Shown: piece by piece, positions 52,282 to 64,000 of the stretch | Layout: every line of letters starts with the position of its first letter | Numbering within the stretch: position 1 is the first letter of the stretch | Assembly (NCBI GenBank): GCA_963514005.1 | Contig: OY740797.1 | Location: 6,138,001-6,202,000 of the forward strand | Direction of reading: 5' to 3' | Source of the DNA: Raja brachyura | Taxonomy: Eukaryota | DNA: 64,000 nt | Notes under the pieces: model-generated | Seen by the model: the letters and a program-made list of their open reading frames with translations, nothing else | Databases searched by the model: none | Told to the model about the DNA's origin: nothing | Position numbers and translations under genes: made by a program

Positions 52282-52814
52282 TATTCTGGAGCTCAGTGGT
52301 GGAGCTGCTGCCTCACAGCACCAGTGACCCGGGTTTGATCCAGACCTCGGCTGCTGTCGGTTGAGAGTTTGCATGTTCTTCCTGTGACCACCAAGGGTTC
52401 TTCCGGGTCAGCTGGTTTCCTTCCACATCCCAAAGACATGTGGGTTTATAGGTCACATGGAGAACATACAAACTCCGTACAGACAAGCACCCGTAGTCAG
52501 GATGGAACCCGGATCTCTGGCGCTGTTAGGCAGTAACTCTACCCCTGCGCTTCCGTGCCGCCCCTACTTCTAGTTCCTTTTGTTGTGATGACACCACAGG
52601 CAATGTAGACGTTTGTAAAGTAACTAATGGATAGTCCAACATCATACATTATAATGGAGTTAAATAGTAACTTCACCTAAAGATCACAGGTATTTTTGGC
52701 AGAATCACTGAAATTGCAGCTATCTACATAATTTAAATTGCAAGGTACGCCAACTGATTCAATTTTTGAAGTGGTCATTGATTTTTATTTTTTTTTCTAT
52801 TTCTTTTCCAATAG

Positions 52815-52947
52815 ATCGGCAGGGCAAAAAGTACAAGACTGTTTCTTTTACCAAATATTCATGGATAAAAACGAAGATGTCGGTGTTCCTACAATTCAGC
52901 AGTTGCTTGAGTGGTCGTTTATTACCAGTGATCTTAAATTTGCTGAG
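52815..52947 (+). CDS. CYLD: CYLD USP exon: [44 protein letters not shown]
   Basis: AATAG/GTGAAA sites; 133 bp. Confidence 0.96.
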
Positions 52948-53274
52948 GTGAAACACGTTTAATTTTTTAAAAAAAACAACTCAAAATGCAGTTGTAATTT
53001 GGGATGTATCGAGGTTATAAAGTGATCATAAGCCAAAGATCACCAAGCCAGAGGCGATTATTCAGTCCATGGAGTTGCACGCTGCAAGTCAGAGGGTTAA
53101 TTGAAAATTATTATTATCCCATGCTTCCTGCCTAGTTCCAGTTGCTCAATGTTCTGAGAGTCATGTTACCAGTGGCTACCCACAGAATGACCTCTGGCAA
53201 AACTCATAGCCCACTTTGGTTTGTGACTCAGGTCCACCACTGATTTTCTGGCACCCTTGGTTCCAGAGCCTTTC

Positions 53275-56263
53275 TGGATTACTTCCAGAAAGTTACTTTC
53301 AGATTTGATAAAATAACTCGAGGTAAAGAAACCGCTTGGAGGTAGTGATCATAATATGATTAGTTTTAATCTGCAATTTGAGAAGGAGAAGGTTAAATCG
53401 GAAGTGTCAATGATGCAGTTGAACAAAGAGAACTATGAAAGCATGAGGGAGGAGCTGGCCAGGCTAGACTGGAAAGGGATCCTAGCAGGAATGACGGTGG
53501 AATAGCAAAGGCAGGAATTTCTGGGCATAATCCGGAGACGCAGGATCATTTCATTCCAAAAAGGAAGAAAGATTTTAAGGAGAGTAGGAGGCATCTATGG
53601 CTGACGAGAAGTTAAGGGCCTGTCCTACCAGCATCCGACTCCATGCGATGAGCGCGATCAAACTAGAAGCGGGGGCCGCGCGGAGGTCGGGTGATCCCTG
53701 TACAGGGCCGTTCCCACCAGCATGCGGCAAGCGCGGCCAAACAGGCAGCGAGGGTCGCGTGGAGGCCGGGTGAGTGGCACAACGCGGCGCAAAGTGAGGC
53801 GAACTTGGAGTGAAGTCTTAAAGGTAAGTTTGCCAGGACAGAGAGGGGCACAGAGGCACACACAGAGAGGGCCACGGAGCCACAGACAGAGAGAGTCACG
53901 GAGGCACCTACAGAAAGGGTCACGGAGGCACGACGTCGACGCGATGTGTAATGCGTCGAGGCGACTGCGAGCCGACAAGCCGTTGCCGCGCGGAATTTTT
54001 GAACGTGGTCAGATGTCGGGACGAACTCCGCACAATTACGCACGGCTCCGGCGATCGAAGTGGGACCGGTCCCGCGACGCCGGACGGCTCAAGCGACCAC
54101 GTTAGGTCGTGCTCATCGCATAGAGTTACATGCTGGTGGGACAGGCCCTTTAGGGATAGAATAAAACTAAAAGGAAAAATGTATAACACAGCAAAGAGTA
54201 GCCGGAAGCCAGAGGATTGGGAAACTTTCATAGGACAACAAAAGGAAACAAAACAGGTAATACGGTCTGAAAAGATGAAGTACGAGGGGAAGCTGGCCAG
54301 AAATGTAAAGAGGGACAGTAAAAGCTTCTTTAGATATGTAAAGGGAAAAAGAATAGCAAAGTCAAATGTGGGTCCCTTGAAGGCAGATACGGGTGAAATT
54401 ATTATGGGGAACAAGGAAATGGCAGAAGAGTTGAACAGATATGTCGGATCTGTCATCAGTAAGGAAGACACAACCAATCTCCCAGAAGTACTGGAGGACA
54501 GAAGATCTAAGGGGGTAGAGGAACTGAAAGAAATGTTCATTAGGCGAGAAATAGTATTGGGTAGGCTAATGGGACTGAAGGATGATAAATCCCCTGGGCC
54601 TGATAGTCTGCATCCCAGGGTCCTCAGGGAGGTGGCTCTACAAATAGCGGACGCATTGGTGATAATTTTCCAATGTTCAGTAGATTCAGGATCAGTTCCT
54701 GTGGATTGGAGGATAGCTAATGTTATCCCACTTTTCAAGAAAGGAGAGAGAGAAAACGGGGAATTACAGACCAGTTAGCCTGACTTTGGTGGTGGGAAAG
54801 ATGCTGCAGTCAATTATGAACGAGGTAATAATGGGGCATTTGGATAGCAGTAAAAGGATTATTCCAAGTCAGCATGGATTTATGATGCTTGACTAATCTT
54901 CTGGAATTTTTTTGAGGATGTTACAAGTAAAATGGATGAAGGGGAGCCAGTGGATGTAGTGTATCTAGACTTTCAGAAAGCCTTTGATAAGGTCCCGCAT
55001 GGGAGACTGGTGACTGAAATTAGAGCACATGGTATTGGGGGTAGGGCGTTGACGTGGTTAGAAAATTGGTTGGCAGAGAGGAAGCAAAGAGTAGGAGTGA
55101 ACGGGTCCTTTTCAGAATGGCAGGCAGTGGTGAGTGGAGTGCCGCAAGGCTCAGTGTTGGGGCCACAACTGTTTACCATATATATTAATGATTTGGAAGA
55201 GGGAATTAGGAGCAACACCAGCAAGTTTGCAGATAACACAAAGCTGGGTGGCAGCGTGGACTGTGAAGAGGATGTTAAGAGGTTGCAGGGTGACCTGGAC
55301 AGGTTGAGTGAGTGGGAAGATGCGTGGCAGATGCAGTATAATATAGATAAATGTGAGGTTATCCACTTTGGTGACAAAAACAAGGGGGCCGATTATTACC
55401 TCAATGGGGTTAGGTTAGGTAAGGGGGAGGTACACCAGTCACTGAAAGTTGGCGTGCAGGTACAGCAGGCAGTGAAGAAAGCTAATGGAATGTTGGCCTT
55501 CATAACAAGAGGATTTCAGTACAGGAGTAAAGAGGTTCTTCTGTAGTTATATAGGGCTCTGGTAAGACCACATCTGGAGTATTGTGTACAGTTTTGGTCT
55601 CCTAATTTGAGGAAGGACGTCCTGTTTTGCCGGACCAACAGAGGTCACGGCCTTCGAGAGGAGTCGACCGGTACCGAGCTGACCATTGTGGTGGAGAGAG
55701 AGAAAAACAATGAGAGTCAAAAGCCATCATGTAATCGGGAACTTTTGTCCATTATGACCTAAAATTATTGGCTCACTACCAGACTGATTCCTGGGATGGC
55801 AGGACTTCCATATGAAGAAAGACTGGATAGACTTGGCTTGTACTCGCTGGAATTTAGGAGATTGAGGGGGGATCTTGTAGAGGCTTACAAAATTCTTAAG
55901 GGGTTGGACAGGCTAGATGCAGGAAGATTGTTCCCGATTTTGGGGAAGTCCAGAACAAGGGGTCACAGTTTAAGGATAAGGGGGAAGTCTTTTAGGACCG
56001 AGATCAGAAGAACTTTTTTCACACAGAGAGTGGTGAGTCTGTGGAATTCTCTGCCTCAGAAGGTAGTTGAGGCCAGTTCATTGACTATATTTAAGAGGGA
56101 GTTAGATGTGGCCCTTGTGGATAAAGGGATCAGGGGGTATGGAGAGAAGGCAGGTACAGGATACTAAGTTGGATGATCAGCCATGATCATATTGAATGGC
56201 GGTGCAGGCTCGAAGGGCCGAATGGCCTACTCCTGCACCTATTTTCTATGATTCTATGATTCT
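53275..56263 (+). mobile_element. Decayed CR1 LINE (endonuclease end to 3' tail)
   Basis: LGGSDH endonuclease end, ORFs 53951-54778, 54932-55546, 55796-56167 (GVPQGSVLGP, FADN), frameshifts, (ATTCTATG)n tail. Confidence 0.9.
53615..54149. mobile_element. PIF/Harbinger-like MITE inserted in CR1
   Basis: TIR AGGGCCTGTCC.ACCAGCAT, TSD TTA; removing it restores CR1 GAAGTTAGGGATAGA (EVRDR); internal similarity to the 44129 element. Confidence 0.85.
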
Positions 56264-58013
56264 AGGAGGTAGTTGAGGCAGGTACTATAGCAGCATTTAA
56301 AAAACTTTTGGACATGGACTGGTAAAGGTTTAGAGGGATATTGGCCAAACATGAGCAGGTGGGAATGTGCTGATGGGTCTAAGTTGGCATGAGTAAGTTG
56401 AGCCGAAGGGCCCTGTTTCTATGCTGGATGACTCTGTGACTATGGCTCCATCTTTAGATATGTCCTCTGTTTGATGTAATAGTGTTCTCTTGGTTCACCT
56501 CTTCTATGCCTGCTGGTTGCCATTAATTGCATTGGTAATGTGGTGAATAATTAGACCCTTTGGCTCCTTTCAGCACTTGCGTCATGCATTCATCATGAAC
56601 TCTGATTCAAAGTCTATGGAAATTGTGGGCTGTCTGTGCTCTTGCAGTCTGACCACAATCCCCCACACCTACTGTGGTCTCTCTCCCTCCCTCAGTTCTT
56701 CCCTTATTTCTCTTTTCGCATTCCAACTTTCGCTTTTCGCTTTTTTGCTGCACACCCTCTCACTGCACCACTTCCACTCGTCTCAAAGGCCAGGTCACCC
56801 AAGACCTGTGAACTCAAGTCTTCCTCCTGCTCCATTCCCCCAGAAACAAAACTAGGCTTTCCTACTGAAAACCCCAGCCTAGTTCTGGCTGCTCAGTGTG
56901 GTCGACACAGTGAACATGGTGCTAGTGGTTGCTCACAGGGTGACCTCCGGCAAAACCCATAGCTCTCTTTGGTTTGTGACCCATATTGCTCCAATGTTAG
57001 ACACTACAAAGCTGGAGTAACTCAGCGGGTCAGACAGCATCTCTGGAGAAGAGGAATAGGTGACGTTTCTGGTCGAGACTCTTCTTCAGACATGCCTGAC
57101 CAGCTGAGTTACTCCAGCTTTCTGTGTCTATCTTTGGTTTAAACCAGCATCTGCAGTTCCTTCCTACACATTTCTCCAATGTTGTATCTTTGTTGTGCCA
57201 TTTACCCTTTATCTGTGCACTGGGGATGGCTTGATTGTATCAAGTCTTTTTCTTTGACTGGATAGCATACAAACAAAAGCTTTTCATAATATCTCGGTAC
57301 ACGTGACAATAAGAAACTAAACTACATTAAAAAATCATGAAAACTGCTGATTGAAGAAGGGTCCTAACCCAATACGTCGCACGGTGTTTTGTCTCCAGAT
57401 TTACTGCCTGACCACGGAGTTATTCCAGCACTCTGTGTCTATCTTTGGTAAGGACAGGAGTTGCTTCCTCGTGAAAATTGTTATCCAGCACCTGTATAAA
57501 ATAAAGCATCTTCGGGGAGAAATCTCATTCTCCTTTATGAATTTTAAACAGAATTAAAGCAATCATTTACATATTTTCTTGTATAAAATCGGAACTTTTT
57601 CAGCGAGTGAAAAGAAGGCACTTAGAAATTGATGTGAGGAAATTTGAACTGATCGTCTCGAAGAAAGGGCCCCGACCCGAAGCGTCACCTATCCATGTTC
57701 TCCAGAGATGCTGCCTGACAGCTGAGTTACTCCAGCACTTTGTGTCTTTTTTTCTGAACCAGCATCTGCAGCTCTTTGTGTCTCCCTCCGCAGATGCTGC
57801 CTGACCCGCTGAGTCCCTCCAGCAGCTTGTCTCTTCCTGAGGAAATTGAAAGTTTCTAAATGACCTGACCACGCGACATGATTGTGCTTAATAGAGTGTA
57901 GCATCTTATTAAACAACAGGATTGTCAATTTAATGGAAATTAAGTTTATTTGAGGATTTTGAAGGTTAGCATAAATAACTAGAAAACTTGATCAGATTCA
58001 TTTTTTCTTTAAG

Positions 58014-58122
58014 GCGCCTTCATGTCTCATAGTTCAGATGCCACGATTTGGTAAAGATTTCAAGATGTTTAAGAAGATATTTCCAACTCTGGAATTGGAT
58101 ATCACTGATTTATTAGAAGACA
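58014..58122 (+). CDS. CYLD: CYLD USP exon: [36 protein letters not shown] (gene continues beyond window)
   Basis: TTAAG/GTGAGT sites; 109 bp. Confidence 0.96.
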
Positions 58123-58812
58123 GTGAGTAATATTTATTCTATTTCTGTTTGCTTTCCAAATTCATTTATTATTGTTATGAACCAGGAAGTGCCCTTTTTA
58201 GATTTTCCTGTTTATGTTTAAACTTAGAACTGCCTGTGCTATTTTTATAGTAGTCAGCCAATGTTTCTGAATATAACTCTTGAATATGTCATATTTAATG
58301 TAATGTTGACATTTATGCCTTTTTTTTTAAGTGTTGTAAGCTTTGAAGAAGCCTAACCAATACTGAAATATGGCCTCAGTATTTTCCATTGCATAATAGT
58401 TTGGCTGATTAGAATCAATAATCTAAAGAAAGCTCTGACCTTTGAGGCACAGATTTGTATCTTGTAGTTTTGGTTTGGTTCAGTTTCGAGATGCAGCGTG
58501 GCAACAGGCCCTTTGGCCCGCTGAGTCTGTGCTGACCAGCAATCACCCGTTCACTAGTTCTATTCTGAACAGTTGAGGCAATTTACAGAAGCCAATTAAC
58601 CTACAAGCCTGCATGCCTTTGGAGTGTGGAAGAAAATCAGAGCAAGCGGAGAAAACGCATGGGTCACAGGGAGAACGTACAGACTCCGTACAGACAGCAC
58701 CTGCAGTCAGAATCGAACTCGGGTCTATGGTGCTGTAAGGCAGCAACTCTAGACACAAAATGCTGGAGTAACTCAGCAGGACAGGCAGTATCTCTGGAGA
58801 GAAGGGATGGGT

Positions 58813-61800
58813 TGTAGGTGCCTGGATGAGGTCAGGAAAATTTCAGACGCCAGGCAGGTTCAGAAGTCGTTTTAATGAATCATGGCAAGCACACCCAACG
58901 CTCGCGAGCAGGACCCGGGAAACCCCGTGGGCAGACAATTGTCCCTGTCCCTCAAGAGCCGAGGGGGATGACTCGAGGAGTGGCCGAACCCCCAGGGACC
59001 GCTATTGGACCCCCCCCCCCCCCCCCCCCATAGAACCAGAGCGCACCATGCCCGGCACAGGAACGGGCAACTGACCGACAGAGTAGCCACTGGGGGAGGT
59101 ACCTTAGAAGGAGGGCGCCCTAGCTTACGGGGCCGCGCTACCAGCACCGTCCAATCAATGTCAATATGTGCCGGCTTCAGCCGCGCAACCGACACAGTCT
59201 CATGCCGAATCCCCCATGTCCAAGACTAAAGTGGACGAGCCATGTTCCAGGACCCGGAAAGGATCCTCGTACGGCTGCTGGAGAGGTGCCCAATGAGCAT
59301 CCCTGCGCAGGAAGACAAACTGGCAGTCTTCTAAAGGAGAGGGAACGTGCGGACGGAAGGACCCATGACGAGGTGTGGGCACCGGCACCAGCTTGCCCAC
59401 TGTCTGCCGAAGAAGGTTGCTCCACCTGGCCCCGCGCCGGCAGGATAAACTCCCCAGGCGCCATCAACGGGGACCCATACACCAACTCGGCGGAGGACGA
59501 GGCCAAGTCCTCTTTCGGTGCAGTGCGGGTCCCCAGCAAAACCCACGGCAGGGCGTCCACCCAGTCCAGGTCAGTGAGCCGTGCTTTCGGGGCATCCTTG
59601 AGATGGCGGTGAAATCGCTCCACCGTCCGTTTTCGTGCGGACGATACGCCGTCGTGTGGTGTAGGCGAACCCCCAGGAGGAGTGCCATGGCCGAGCACAG
59701 TTCTGATGTGAACTGAGGCCCCCGGTCGAATGTTATGTCCAGCGGCACCCCGAACCGGGCGATCCACTGCGCCACAAGGCCCAAGCACAAGTGGCTGTTG
59801 AATCAGCCGGCAGAATGGCTTCAGGCCACCGTGTGAAGCGGTCCACCACGGTGAAGAGATAGGTCATACCCCGGAACATCGGCAGCAGCCCCACGATGTC
59901 CACGTGACTGTGGTCGAACCGCCGCCGAGGAATGGCGAACTCCTGCAACGGCGCACGCACGTGTCGCTGAAACTTGCTAGTCTGGCACGGGATGCAGGTG
60001 CACGCCCAATGTCCAACCTCCTTGATGTGGGAGGCTACAAGGGCTGTTGTCGCCCAGATGGAGGGATGAGCAAACCCATGGAGCACCTCAAACACCCTGC
60101 GCCGTTAGGCGATGGTGACGATGGGTCGTGGAACTCCAGTGGAGACATCGCACAACAGCGTTGCGCCTCCAGGACCACAGACAATGTCCTCCAACTGCAA
60201 GCTCGATACCGCCGTGCGATAGGTGGCCATTTCCTCGACGACCAGCTGTGCGGCTGCCAGGGAAGAATAATAAATGCCCTCAGCGACTTGGAGAACGGCG
60301 TGAACCGCAGGTCGTGATAAGGCGTCGGCCACCTTGTTCTACGTGCCCTAGACAAAACGGATGGAGGTGGTGTACTCGGACACGTACACCAACTGCCTCT
60401 GCTGCCACGCAGACTTATGGGCTTGAAACCTTGGCAAACGCGAATGTTAGCGGCTTGTGATCTGTGAAGGCAGTAAAAGGCCTCCTCTCCAGGAAGTAGC
60501 GAAAGTGGCGTAGGGCGAGGTACAGGGCAAGGAGCTCACGGTCGAAAGCGCTGTAACGGTGCTGAGCACCACTGAGGTGCCTGCTGAAGAAGGCGAGTGG
60601 CCGCCAGCATCCATCAACGAGCTGCTCCAACACTGCCCCAACTGCCATCTCAAAAGCGTCCACCGTCAGGGCAGTCGGGGCATCCTCTCGTGGACGGACG
60701 AGCATCGTGGTCCCAGCCAGGGCCTCCTTAGCACTCTCGAACGCGGCTACTGCTTCATCGGACCACTCAACCTCCTTGCAATGACCAGCGATCAGGTGGA
60801 AAAGCGGGGGCATGATTGCGCCCGCCGCCCGCAAGAAACAATGATAAAACGCAAACATCCCCACAAATTCCTGGAGGCCCTTAACTGTGGTCGGACTGGG
60901 CAACTGGTGGACAGCGTCCACCCTGGCCGGCACCACCCCTTGTTGAGTTACATGGTGGCCTAAGGAAGTCGATGGCCTTCACCCAAAAAATGACACTTGG
61001 ACTAGTTGATAGCCTGTCCATAATCACTGAGGCGATGACACAGCTGACGGAGGTGGATGCAGTGTTCCTGCCGCGAGTGGCTGGCCACAAGTAGGTCATC
61101 CAAGTAGACGAATACAAAGTCCAGGACATGGCACACACCGTCCATAAGCCTCTGGAAGGCATGCACGGCGTTCTTCAACCCAAACGGCAGCCGCAAAATT
61201 CAAACAGTCCAAACAGTGTAATAGTTGCTGTCTTAGGGATATTGTCGGGGTGGACCGAAATCTGGTTGTACCCTCGCTCGAGGTCCACCTTGGAGAACAC
61301 CGATGCTCCGGCCAGACGTGCATTGACGCCCTGAATGTGCGGGAGCGGGTACCTGTCGGCGATGGTCGCATCAGTCAGACGGCGGTAATCCCCACACGGG
61401 CACCAGTCCCCTCCCGCTTTGGGGACCATGTGGAGCGGTGACACCAATGTGTTATCGGAGGGACGCACGATGCCTATCGCCTCCATCAGGCGGAACTCCT
61501 CCCGAGCTAGACGGAGCTGGGCGGGCCAGTAGTCAGAATATGGTGCTCCACCCCGTGCTTGGGAGCGGAAGTGGGGTTCGGGAATGTCCGGAAAATCTGC
61601 CAGGATGCACGCGAAAGTCGCATCCAAGGACAATGGGACCATCAGGACATGCAACTGGATCACCAACGAGGAGGAAGACTGGCTCCAGCGTGACGGAGTG
61701 CCCCAGGCGCCGCTACTTGACATCCACGAGGAGTGAATGGGCTCGAAGGAAGTAGGCGCCCAGCGATGGAGGGAGGCAGCACACTCACTGCTGCCCCGGT

Positions 61801-62820
61801 GTCCACGAGGAACCGACCCCCGGTGCGGTGATCCCAGGTGAAGACGCGATGAAAGGAATCACGGGAACGCACAGGGCGGGCAACACTGCCTGGCTGCAGC
61901 TCCCCAGCGGTGGTGATAGTAGCACCAACCCCCTCTGCTGGCGTCTGGTGGAATAGCAGGTGAATTTGGCTGAGCTGAACCATAGAGACCTCTGCTGGCG
62001 TCGGATGGAACTGCCGGCTGGCAGTGCTGGAGCAACGTGCCTGCGCTGGAATGCCCGATGGCAGCCGGGGGGTCGTCTGGGAGCAGCGGAGATGCGGTCG
62101 ACCTTCTCCGCGCCTCCAGACGCCACGGGAAGGACGGCCAGCGCTTCCAGGTCCCGCTGACGGGACTTCCACAGCTGGTCGGCGCACTCAGCCAAGCACC
62201 TGCGTGTCAGCAAAGGAATTGGTGGCGAGCTGCAGGCGGATGTCGGGTGGGAGCTGCTGAACGTGGGCATATTTAAATAAAAAAAGGGCTCGTGGTCGCC
62301 CATAAGGGCGAGCATGTCCTCCAGAAGGGCCGACGGTCACCTAAGAGAATCCGAGATCAGGCTCGCTAAGGCCAAATCTCCTGATAAGCAGGGCCTTGAG
62401 GCCCCTATATTTGTTAGTTAACGGGGGTGGGGGGGCGGGAGCCCACTGCGGTAAGGTTTAACCCGCCTCGAAGTCGCCTGGTCAAGCGCTGACCACGTAA
62501 AATTACTTAGTTTCATCTACCGTCACCCCTCGCAGATCAAACTGTGCCTCTGAATACTGGAACCAGATATCAGGCTCTTCGGTCCACAAAGTCGGGAGCT
62601 TCAGTGCAACAGCATTGTTTTCCATCACGATGCGTGATGAACGTCGGGGTCACCAGTTGTAGTGGCCTGGATGAGGTCAGGAAAAGGCCAGACGCCAGGC
62701 AGTTTCAGAAGTCGTTTTAATGCATCATGGCAAACACACAGAATGCCCACGAGCAGGACCCGGGAAACCCCGTGGGGAGACGATCTTTCCTGTCCCTCAA
62801 GAGCCGAGGGGGGTGACCGA
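58813..62820 (-). mobile_element. Decayed Gypsy LTR retrotransposon (CsRn1-like features)
   Basis: LTR copies 58813-~59005 and 62658-~62820 (truncated); PBS TGGTGACCCCGACGT (tRNA-Trp) at 62641-62655; G-run PPT ~59010-59029; gag MENNAVALKLPTLWTEEPDIWFQYSEAQF from 62625; protease FLVDTGA, RT YLDD, RNase H YSAFDRELLA..FTDHKPL, integrase HVDIVG..VDRFTRWPEA; many frameshifts. Confidence 0.92.
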
Positions 62821-64000
62821 AGGCGTGACCCGCTGAGTTACTTCAGCATTTTGTGTCTATCTTCAATGTAAACCAGCATCTGCAGTTCGTTCCTACACAT
62901 ATCTATAGTTATTGTCGCAGTCTTGATCAACGTGTTCAGCAGCACCACCACTTCTTCCTATCGAGTCCACACACAAGATTAGAAGTTGTTCAACCAGAGC
63001 TGAACACACTTCTCGGCATCTGCATGCAATAGTGTCTGCTTGTGCTTCTTGTGCGTGGTGGTGGAAAGATTGATGGAAACAGGACCGTGACGTGAACGCT
63101 CTTTCCTTGACCCCAAACATCACCACTAAAACGATGGGATCAGGCCAATACAACATTACTGGCTGTTACATTTTCATTTGAGACATTGAAAAACTCTGCC
63201 ACGAGCACTGACCTCCCCACCATCGAAGGGATCAGTAGAAGGGAGAGTTGCCTCAAAAAGACAACCAGTATCATCAAGGACCAACACCACCCTGGCCATG
63301 CTCTCATTTCACTCCTGCCATTGGGAAGAAGGTATGAACATCTGAAAACCGTGACCTCCAGGTTCAGGAACAGCTTCAAGTTAGGGTTTAGGCTGTGCAC
63401 GCCACACGAAAGAAGAAGAAGGAACAGCTTCTGCTCGACATTGATCAGCCTATTGAATACTACACAACATTAGTTTAGTTTTAGTTTAGTTTATTGTCAC
63501 ATGTACCAAGCTACAGTGAAAAGCATCTGTTGCTCGCTAACCAGTCTGTGGTAAAATAAATACATGATTACAATCGAGCCATCCGCAGGGTACAGATGCA
63601 TGATAAAGGGAATAACATTTAATGCAAGATGAATAATGCAGTAAGTCTGATTAAAGATCTCCTATGAGGTCGACAGTAGCTCAGGACTGCACTCTAGTTG
63701 TCAGCTAAACTATGAACTATAAATTGTCTTGCTTGCACTGGAGGCTTTGGGCTTTTTTGCTTATTATGGTATTTATAAATCTGTTATACCTCTGCAAATA
63801 AGAATTTAATGATACCTGTTTTCGGTACAAATGACATTTAAACACACTTGACATTTCAGATTTCCCTTTGAGTTAGTTACTATATTTTAAAGTTGATTGT
63901 GTGACTAATTTTTTTTTTGTGGTCAATAATTTTTAACCGGGATTTGAACGCTTTGGTGACGGAGATAATCTGTTGTGTACTAGGTTTTGAGATTGAGTTG

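Noticed and set aside
55623-55778. ~155-bp foreign segment inside the CR1
   Set aside because: No TSD, termini or ORF recognisable; probably a fragment of another repeat.
62900-63180. Possible next CYLD exon (B-box) or other coding remnant
   Set aside because: No PRQCRICG-like translation and no recognisable motif in the frames I checked.

Overview
Vertebrate genomic DNA, most likely a cartilaginous fish (skate/ray-like, inferred from HE1/V-SINE and CR1/HER1-type repeats). The + strand carries the 3' part of NOD2: the end of the large NACHT/HD2 exon, seven 84-bp LRR exons and a terminal exon with its stop at 17817-17819. It is followed by a CpG-island promoter and the first 12 coding exons of CYLD (three CAP-Gly domains and most of the USP domain); CYLD continues past the window. 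Introns are dense with nested repeats: a Tx1 LINE, many CR1 LINEs, tRNA-derived SINEs, Penelope-like fragments and palindromic pseudo-LTRs with minimal hammerhead motifs, a decayed tRNA-Trp-primed Gypsy, solo LTRs, and Tc1, hAT, Harbinger and Tigger MITEs. Four observations stand out. (1) An LTR fused to an over-extended tRNA-Leu copy with a mismatch exactly at A58, apparently a fossil reverse-transcription intermediate. (2) Pervasive minimal hammerhead motifs. (3) A dead duplicate of a CYLD exon. (4) A sense solo LTR 40 bp upstream of a NOD2 LRR exon. Family names and human residue numbers come from recalled sequences, not database searches; repeat boundaries without TSDs are approximate.
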